DNA of 64,000 nt, from contig VRVR01000012.1 in NCBI GenBank assembly GCA_009859145.1, forward strand, positions 62,001 to 126,000, in the 5' to 3' direction. This document shows, in pieces, positions 28,933 through 36,864 of this stretch. Both the position numbers and the translations under genes were made by a program. The notes beneath the pieces are model-generated. The model was not told the DNA's origin, searched no databases, and was given only the letters and a program-made list of their open reading frames with translations. The stretch's first letter is position 1; every line of letters starts with the position of its first letter. The DNA comes from Andalucia godoyi And28. Its lineage: Eukaryota > Protista > Jakobida.

Positions 28933-29890
28933 ATCCCCGTCCTATTCGGTTCCAATGAGGGACAAGATTCAGAAACGGCTCTCATGAACTTTCGTACGTC
29001 AATTTTTCGTGTAATCGACACTTGCAGTTCGGTTCATCGCAACCGACTGGACGCGGATTTAGTGGAGCTCGCTTCAACCCGTTCCGAGGAAGAGTTTCGA
29101 CGTGAGCATTTTCGCATGGTCAGCGTCCAAGGAAAAGCACAACTTCACACGCCCGCTCTTGACAGGTTCGTAAGAACTGAAGAAGCAGCATATGCGGATG
29201 CAATTGTGAGAGTATAATCACAGCAAACATGGAGGAGCAACTGATACAAACATTCAAAAACCACAGTTGGATGCTGTTCAGTAACAATAACGCGCCGCTG
29301 ACCAGCATTTTCAGTGTACCGCAGAGGAAATGGATGGCTGCCGTGAAAGAGTGGGTGGATCCGGCAACAGCGAGGCATTCGTCTGCCGGCATGCGATCGC
29401 TCTGGCAATACAAGCAGCGAAACTATGTTTCCAAGGTCGTGGACCGGCGTCCCATTTACTTGAATTTTCTTGCTCTTGTGGAGAGCAAATGCATGTCATC
29501 AGCCGCCAACGAGGACGAGCATCAAATTATCGCACGGGTGGCAGCAAGAAAAAAAACTCGACGAAATGTGCATTGAATTTTGTACCAGAAAAGGCAAATA
29601 TAGAAGGATCTTTTGGATAGTCGGATATAGTAGTCCAAGCGGGTGACGACGAATCAGAAGATGATGAGTCTGTCGATGAGGAAGGAGAGCCAAGTCATCC
29701 TGGAAAACGACGGCGATGGTCCCCTTAGAAGATCAGCGCCCTGAAGAGAAGAATAGACGGCTACATGGAAGTCAGAGCAGGCACAAACGTCAGTATGAGA
29801 GACGTGGCAGAAGATGAACAGCACGACCTGATGGAAGAACTGATTCAATACGCCGCTGAAGAGGAAGAGTTGGAACAATCGGACCCATGA
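28933..29890 (+). pseudogene. Fragmented gene of unknown family
   Basis: Consecutive protein-like segments in shifting frames (28933-29217, 29229-29576, 29621-29890). The last is acidic and reads KRRRWSP*KISALKRR with an in-frame TAG at 29726. Confidence 0.45.
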
Positions 29891-30021
29891 AACCAATGTG
29901 TTTACCAGTATTGTATGAATTTTTCTAGTACAGAAACGAATATTTTTTAACTGGAGAGGTGTAACCGGGTAGATTCTTCAGTTGAAAAAATTCGGAGAAG
30001 TCCCTATTAGTCTAAAGGAAA

Positions 30022-30406
30022 TCAAAATCCATTTGCATCAAGATTAAATACTTGAACACCGCCTTGGAAAATCTTCACCTGTTGTCCTGAATCAACATTT
30101 ATTGTAAGTGTCCTCCCCAGTTAGAAATATTATTAATGCACCTGGCGTGTATCCTCCAGAGCCACCAAAATTACTGTCAAATCTATGAACTGCCGCCCCG
30201 GCTGTATCAGAACTCTTGCTTAATCTTGTAACTGAATAGCTACCAGCATTTGTATTATCAATGAACATTTCTCCATTGCTTCCTTGGATGTGGATGCGTC
30301 TTGCTGGGGCTACTGTTCCTGCTCCCATTTTGCCAAGAATTCCAAAATTATCATTAATGTCTGTTGATCGTGGTCCTCTTGGTCCTTGAATACCTTGGAA
30401 ACCTTG
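30022..30406 (-). pseudogene. Collagen-repeat / virion fibre-like gene fragment
   Basis: Manual translation QGFQGIQGPRGPR...GILGKMGAGTVAPARRIHIQG, then after a frameshift near 30120 GRTLTINVDSGQQVKIFQGGVQVFNLDANGF. The segment is AT-rich. Confidence 0.55.
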
Positions 30407-30832
30407 AGATGTTGAATGATGTTGGACTGCGTGTTTCTGCTGCTAAAACCAAGTGCTTTTTGGTCAACTGTTCGTAGGAGGATGCAGTACTGCCTTCTGC
30501 GATCGAGTTCTCCCGCTTCGACGACACCCCTTTCTCGGTTTCTTTTGTCAAGTCCTTCAAATACCGTGGGGTGTGGTTTGAGAATTCTGCAATTGAATGC
30601 ATCACAAGTGTCGTATGTTTTTTACTGAAAGACAACCGGTCTTTTGGAAGGAAGAATTAGAGTGGCATCCGGTGAATCCGAAACATGGACTCGCGGATGC
30701 CGCTGAAGGAGGCGTCGGATTCTAGTGTCGTAGCCGTTTCTTCTATGATGCAGTAATGGTAATTCGCGGCTGCTTCCAGCTGCAGCCATAAGGTTGATTA
30801 CTTGACGACCATGCATATACATTTGATGCTTA

Positions 30833-30967
30833 CGGTGACATATCAGAGAACACACTTACAGAAGCAAACTGTCGTTCAGTATGGATGCATGGTAGGTCAA
30901 ACCGGATGACCGCAACCCCATTCCGAGAAATTCACTGTTGTACGTTTGTTCTTTAGATATGTCACCG
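30833..30967. mobile_element. 135-bp MITE-like element, Tc1/mariner type (TA target duplication)
   Basis: Perfect 12-bp TIR CGGTGACATATC (30833-30844 and 30956-30967) with an imperfect inward extension of about 20 nt; TA on both sides (30831-32, 30968-69). Confidence 0.65.
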
Positions 30968-31216
30968 TAAACTTCCAACTAACTAACTAAGGGACTAGGG
31001 TTTTGCGTTGTAGGGTTGCAGGCAGCAGGCCAGGCCAAGGATTGTTATCTTACACTGCAATATCGCAGCGAATGACCTGGTTCCAACCATCCATCTTGGT
31101 TGATTTGCTCCCGTTTCGTTTTTCTCTTCTTCTCCTCCTCCTCGTCCCTTCTTTTTCGTTTTCGTCTTTCCAATATTTTTCTTAGTTGTTTTTGTGTCCG
31201 TCAGATCTTCTAAACC

Positions 31217-32569
31217 ATGAAGTCCCTGAAGTTCTGCATTGCAGGCGTGCTGATTGCTCTACTTTCAGCAACCGTGGTTTCTTCGAGCGCTGTTGTTCGA
31301 CATGTACGCGCAGATTCCTGTACAATGCCTCCCGAGCCATCCGGATCCTTTTGGATGAACATGGCGGGTCGCACCCCCGGTCTCGTTATCGAAGCACTGG
31401 GTTTTGAAGCAATAGGAGGATTCGTGGATACGCTTTTTGACAGTCTAAATTCCCCTGACGCCCAGAGAGAGGCCGAGTTCAAGTACATTTCGTGCGAACT
31501 GCAGGCGATTTCGGCAAAGCTTAGCGAGATTTCGCGTGATTTGCAGAACATTCAACAGGCAATCGTGATGACGCAAGTCAAGGCCCTCGTTACAGAGATC
31601 TCTGCAACGTATCAGACTATGATATATGTCTTCCAGAGCTGCCCTAACTCGACGGTCTCATCTGTCAAGTCCCAGATTGAGCATCTCTTTGAATCGATTA
31701 CACTGCAGGATATGGTGTACAAGGCCGGTGTGCAGCTCCACTCTCTTCTCACCGAATCCGTTTCTTCCGGCATTGACCCTGTTTTGCTGAGCATCTCCAA
31801 GAATCATTTAAAGGAGGGTATTCTCGATTACTATGTAGAGGTCAAGAAGAACGCCATGTTCTACTGGGACCTTTACAGCAAGGCAGCGAATCTGCTGAAG
31901 TTTGCAGCACGCTTCAAAGATATGGAAGTTTTCAACAAACAAGCCGCAGAGCTCATGACCTACGTTGATGCCGAGCTGAAGTATCTCGAAAGCGGCATTA
32001 ATGGAGTGTCTATCATTCCGCCGCAGATTTCTGCAATGGCATCGGACTGGCTCAACTCTCCGGATGGTGTTTTGACCGTTAACCTCAAAATCTGGGATGC
32101 CGCAAATGGGCCTGCTATTTTCGTCCGCGAGGCGACGTCTGAAATCTACCAGTGGCCTCCCTGTGTGACCTCCGGCCGAGGCAATGTGAATACTCCAGGA
32201 TCGACCTCCATCACTTTCTCGCGCGAAAAATCATCGCTTTTGGGTTCAGCTCCGTGGGGTACAGGCTCAGTCATTTGGTATTACATGGGCAACCCATGGG
32301 TTACTGAACGTATCTTTACGAACTGGGGTGGTGCCAGCTTGATGAAGTTGCACTTCATAGGACCTAACAAGCCTGTCGATTCTTCATTTGAGATCCGATT
32401 CCTGTGGGAAGAGTATCAAGGTGGTGGAAACTGGAAGTGGGTATGCAGCCTCAAAGGCAACACCAACTGCGGCGACACGTTGACTGGGGATCGCCCTTCT
32501 TATGACAATGTCGCAGGTGACAAGGATTGCCACTTCCGCATTACGTACAATCGTCCCAAAACCTTTTAA
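31217..32569 (+). CDS. Secreted 450-aa protein with a Vip3-like helical pore-forming-toxin region and a Trp-rich beta C-terminus
   Basis: Intact ORF with signal peptide. YISCELQAISAKL and TEISATYQTMIYV resemble Vip3A YLSKQLQEISDKL and TEITPAYQRIKYV (recalled from memory). The CDS call is secure; the toxin call is an inference. Confidence 0.6.
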   Translation: MKSLKFCIAGVLIALLSATVVSSSAVVRHVRADSCTMPPEPSGSFWMNMAGRTPGLVIEALGFEAIGGFVDTLFDSLNSPDAQREAEFKYISCELQAISAKLSEISRDLQNIQQAIVMTQVKALVTEISATYQTMIYVFQSCPNSTVSSVKSQIEHLFESITLQDMVYKAGVQLHSLLTESVSSGIDPVLLSISKNHLKEGILDYYVEVKKNAMFYWDLYSKAANLLKFAARFKDMEVFNKQAAELMTYVDAELKYLESGINGVSIIPPQISAMASDWLNSPDGVLTVNLKIWDAANGPAIFVREATSEIYQWPPCVTSGRGNVNTPGSTSITFSREKSSLLGSAPWGTGSVIWYYMGNPWVTERIFTNWGGASLMKLHFIGPNKPVDSSFEIRFLWEEYQGGGNWKWVCSLKGNTNCGDTLTGDRPSYDNVAGDKDCHFRITYNRPKTF

Positions 32570-32699
32570 CTCGAGTTCATGTTTGTGGTAAATAAAAAAG
32601 AAGTCGCTACATTCTCCCACGCATACTACAAGCTTCTCGTATGTTTGCTCCTTTGAGGTGAACTCCTACCTTTCTTTTGGTTGCTCCAGTGCTTTTTTG

Positions 32700-33040
32700 G
32701 CAGGTGGCGTCAATGACAACTGGCAAGTTTGATTTCATGGATGTTTCAAACTACGCGGTTCTAGGCAAACAGATTAGATATTTGACAACAATAGTAGATG
32801 TTTATTCACAATATACTTGGAAGATACCATACATCAACAAACAAGCAGAAACAATAGAAGCGAAATGGAAACTACTCATGGAAAAATTTTAAACCGAAAT
32901 CTCTTAATGTTGATAAAGGTAGCGATTTCAAAGGAGCACTACGAAAATTATTGGATGAGTATGACACCCAAGTATACAAGGCAGACACCGGAGAGAAAAA
33001 TAAACAAGGCATTACAGAAAGATTCAGTTGAACTCAGAAA
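32700..33040 (+). pseudogene. rve (DDE) integrase remnant, Polinton/Maverick/virophage type
   Basis: Removing one T at about 32730 and one at about 32890 gives GVNDNWQVDFMDVSNY...RYLTTIVDVYSQYTWKIP..K.AE...KPKSLNVDKGSDF...KNKQGITERFS*T. The TGA at 33029 lies where R is expected. Confidence 0.85.
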
Positions 33041-33310
33041 GATGATACATCTCGTGGTTTAAATATGAATCGACTGACTCCGGGATGGTAGACAAGCACC
33101 ACCTCAGCAAATGCAGTATTTTTAGTGTGTATTGACTTATTTGATTGGTTAAAACTGATTCTTTTTTTTTTTTTTTTGGTAGTTTGCGCAACCAGAACGA
33201 GGATACTGTAGGATAAAACGCAGGCGTACGAAAACAAACTTTTTATCCGCTCTCTCCCCATTGAGCGACGTACAAAAACGAGTCGAGCAAAAAAGCGAAA
33301 AAGAGAGGGT

Positions 33311-33814
33311 CTAAGGGCAGATTGCAGCCGATGCAAACTTGATGTGCACCTGGTATCCGTAGTCGCAGTAATGGTCATGCTCGTAAGCAGGAGCTCCCTT
33401 TCCGGCGCTGGCGTCGCATTCAAAGTAGACTCTTCCGAGGCGGCGAGCAACATTGTTGAAGGGGGATCCATTGTAGTACGTCAGCATGACTCCATTCTGA
33501 GACGGAACCTCATCAATAGCAAACAGGTGTGCAGCGCCAAGCGAAAGGCAGAATCCAGTTTGTGTGTTGATTTCATAAATAGCGCCACCGGGAGGGCAGT
33601 TTGCAGCGATCGGCTTGGAAACAGCGTCGCAGATTTGCAGTTGGATCACAACGGAGGAGTTGGCTCCCTGGAAGCGATAGCCATCAGGAGTCCAGTACTT
33701 TGCAAGATCGATCACGCGACCATCCGGCATATTGTACTTGCAGTTTGCAGAAGGCGCTGCCCAGCTCACAGCCAACAACGCACAAAACGCCACAAGCAGC
33801 ACAGCAGACTTCAT
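33311..33814 (-). CDS. Secreted single-MRH (mannose-6-phosphate receptor homology) domain protein
   Basis: Signal peptide; C...IDL..Y, QLQICDAV, CLSLG, GVMLTYYNG, VYFECD and terminal AAICP match the MRH Cys pattern. No TM segment. Confidence 0.75.
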   Translation of the reverse strand: MKSAVLLVAFCALLAVSWAAPSANCKYNMPDGRVIDLAKYWTPDGYRFQGANSSVVIQLQICDAVSKPIAANCPPGGAIYEINTQTGFCLSLGAAHLFAIDEVPSQNGVMLTYYNGSPFNNVARRLGRVYFECDASAGKGAPAYEHDHYCDYGYQVHIKFASAAICP

Positions 33815-34232
33815 GGCTGAGTATCAGTTGAAATGCGGAGGTTTCCTGCTTCGTGTGCAAAAATAGCAATAACAATGCTAATTATCACTTGAAGAAGAAA
33901 AAAAAGAAGAAGAATAGAAGAGGAACAGAATCGGGAAAGACATCGTAAGCAGTGCAGCAAGCACCAGCATATCGGAAGGGTTTGGAGAAGACGGTTTTTT
34001 GGCACGACTTACGGCCTCAGCGGGGAGGAATCCCTCGAGAGTTTCCGCACGGAGAAATGACCGGTTCTCGAATGAGGAGAAGGTGGCTTGCTACGGCCGC
34101 GACAGGAAGGATGTTTTTTTATGCTTGGAAAAAACAAAATGATGTCGGTGATGAAACATCACAACATCAAGCTTTGCGAGTGCGATAGGACTTGCATTTC
34201 TCAAACAGAAATTGTACAGGAAACACTGCTGA

Positions 34233-35615
34233 TCATCGACTGTGGCCGGCAACAAAACTCTGATTGTTGGAGAAGGATCTGGATAACTGCAAACGATCAA
34301 ACGTCTTGCGGAACTGCTCGACAGACACGCGATCTGCGCTGCTCTTTCCAAGCGACGAGAGGGTTTCGTCAAACAGCGCATCAAACTCTGCAGTCTCTGT
34401 CCCGAATGCAATGTTGACAATCGAAAACAGCTCGCTTTTGGTTCTCGGTTGGGCGAAATCCTCTTCAAACACTCCGCGCTCACCGTATTTCGGGGGAAAG
34501 ACAACACTTCGAGCATCTGGCTCGTTCCCGTAGTTGGAGTTATCGGCAACCGACTTCATTCGAGGCATTGGAATATCTCGACGGACTGATGGAACGCCAA
34601 ATGATCTTCGCGGGTCCACCGTAACCTCCCTTACTTCACCAGGTCGTAGACCGCGGGCAATGGGCTTTCCAAGAGTATGGGCGTCCTTCCGCAAATCCTG
34701 CTCAAGTTGCTGCTGCGAGTACTGGATGCAGTCACCAACATGCGACTCCTTCGCAGGATCCGACTTTGCACCTCCTGAGGGTAGTCCAAACACAAAATCT
34801 GGATCTTGCACCACGTTCGGGGACGTCGCCCCCAAAGGCCTAATCTCGCCCAGTCCTCCCTTCTTGGTCCGTCGCATTGCTTCCACGCGTGCATCCACAA
34901 TATGACTTGCCTGTGATCCATTGGCTTCTGTGACCTCATCTGCGTGAAGAGCTTGATGGACACCATTCCGCGTCGGGTTTGCAGCCGTGGAACCAAATGA
35001 AAACGACGAAGGATCCACACCAGCGGCCTCCCAGTTGTACCCTCGATGCTTCTGTTCACCTGCTTCATAATCTCCGTGTGTGCGAGTGTACATTGCATGC
35101 GTCCGTTGCATCGCTTCCGAAGCAGATTCTTGTGAGGGGTGCAAGGGATATAGTGCTTCCTTTGCAGAATCGCTGCGTCGCGAGGTCACGCCAAACGAAA
35201 ACTGCGGGTTTTCCTTGATTTCTCGTGGATAATTATAATCCCGAGTGATCGATCGCCCCAGAGGCTCGGTGTGCACAGACTTGTAGGCTCTCTTTTCTGT
35301 TTCCTGCTGCAGCATGCCCGAGACCGTAGACAATGGATCGGGATTCAGCGAATCCTTTGCAGATCCATCGCGGATGTTTGGCATTCCGAAGCGAATATCA
35401 GGAGGCGGAGCATCATAGGCCTTCCCGTAATGAACCATTTGTTTTCCAGGATCTGAATTCGCAGTCCGTGAAAACCTCTTCAGCTGATCTGGAACTTCAG
35501 CAGATGCTGCATTGGGCGACAGGCAGCCCGAAACCGACTCTTCGGCAGTCGTTTTCCGAGGAACAAACCCCGCTGCAGACATGTGAGGAACGGTATCCTT
35601 TCCTACTTTTGTCAT
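34233..35615 (-). CDS. EFHB: EF-hand domain family member B (CFAP21), axonemal protein
   Basis: YKSVHTEPLGRS; MYTRTHGDYEAGEQKHRGYNW; FGVPSVRRDIPMPRMKSVADNSNYGNEPDA; RGVFEEDFAQPR. Confidence 0.9.
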   Translation of the reverse strand: MTKVGKDTVPHMSAAGFVPRKTTAEESVSGCLSPNAASAEVPDQLKRFSRTANSDPGKQMVHYGKAYDAPPPDIRFGMPNIRDGSAKDSLNPDPLSTVSGMLQQETEKRAYKSVHTEPLGRSITRDYNYPREIKENPQFSFGVTSRRSDSAKEALYPLHPSQESASEAMQRTHAMYTRTHGDYEAGEQKHRGYNWEAAGVDPSSFSFGSTAANPTRNGVHQALHADEVTEANGSQASHIVDARVEAMRRTKKGGLGEIRPLGATSPNVVQDPDFVFGLPSGGAKSDPAKESHVGDCIQYSQQQLEQDLRKDAHTLGKPIARGLRPGEVREVTVDPRRSFGVPSVRRDIPMPRMKSVADNSNYGNEPDARSVVFPPKYGERGVFEEDFAQPRTKSELFSIVNIAFGTETAEFDALFDETLSSLGKSSADRVSVEQFRKTFDRLQLSRSFSNNQSFVAGHSR

Positions 35616-36864
35616 TCTTTCTTCTGTTTTGGCTGTTCTGTATCTTTCTTAACAGTGAGGAATGCAAAAAAAATAAAATAATAATAATAAAATTAAAAAA
35701 TAAAATAAAAAACAAAAAAATACATAAATAAACAATAACAACAATTATAACAATAATAAAATGGAGAGGCGGTTGGACTGCCACACTTTGCGGCAATCAA
35801 AGCCCCCCAAAAAACCAAACGACGCTGTGGACTACAGCAGGCGGACAATAAGCGATCTATTAACGCGCTGGCTCGGATCTTCAGCGATGCTCCCCCAACT
35901 CTGTCCAGTTTCGTATGAGACTGTTTTCGCGGCCGTCCTTCACAGAAAAGCGGACGAAACTCAACACTGCATAGTTCGCTGAACAGCACCGCTAGCAACT
36001 TTTGATTCGTTCTTATTGTTTTCGTCGTCACCGTCCGTTTAGAAATAAAGTACAAAAAGCACTTCTTTCTCTTCCGCGGTTTCGCGTTTAATGTGGTCTA
36101 ATATTTTTGCTTTGATGTGCTTATCGTCGCTGTCCACAATCCGGATTTGTCGAAAAGTTGCAGTGCATCCGCACTTCTCACCGACAACTCTGCAAATAGC
36201 GCCCGACTTCGGGGGCTTCATGCGCGAACTATGATGGCGCACGCAGTGTATCGCAGGCGTGTGTCCAATCTCTGCGTTCGTTCGTGACGGTCGTGCGTGT
36301 GCCGTGGTGCTGTGACGGCAGTGATTGTCGGACAAGATTCCATTTTCGGACCTCGGCAGTCGGTTCGGTGGTTTTCCTTTTTGAGAAGGAAGCACTTCTG
36401 TCAGATCCCATCGAACATGCCTTACGTCGACTTTTTTGCTCCTTCTTCCGGACCTCTGGAATCACACTGGATGTCAACCATGCTCGACCATTAGTGCCGA
36501 CTCCCCCCTTCTCCTGTGGGTTTTTTTTCTGCTCCGGTTCTCGTGGTTGCGACCGCGTGTGACTCTTGGACTCTGAAAATAAGGCGTATTTCCTCTCGAC
36601 AAGTGAAGGGCAACCACGCCAGCGTCGGCAGTATTTATTCAAGATCTTGTATACTCTTTTCTTTGCCAATTCGCGGCTAATCTGTACAATAGACCACTTC
36701 GATCCGTTCATCCCGTTCATCCCGTTCATCCCGTTCAGTTTTTGTCGAGCACGGAAGAATCTGGCCGTTCACATCCTTTTGCTGTTTTCCATCTTCTGTA
36801 CCGTTATTAAAAACTTGGCTTCGGTGCTGCAGACGACGACTCGCTTCACAGGGTTGTCTCGGAA

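Noticed and set aside
30981-31070. TAAGGG/TAGGGTT motifs resembling telomere repeats or a hAT left end (TAGGGTTGCA...CTGCAATATCGCA)
   Set aside because: Only three degenerate units. I found no matching right TIR or 8-bp TSD downstream, so the toxin-like gene cannot be claimed as hAT cargo.
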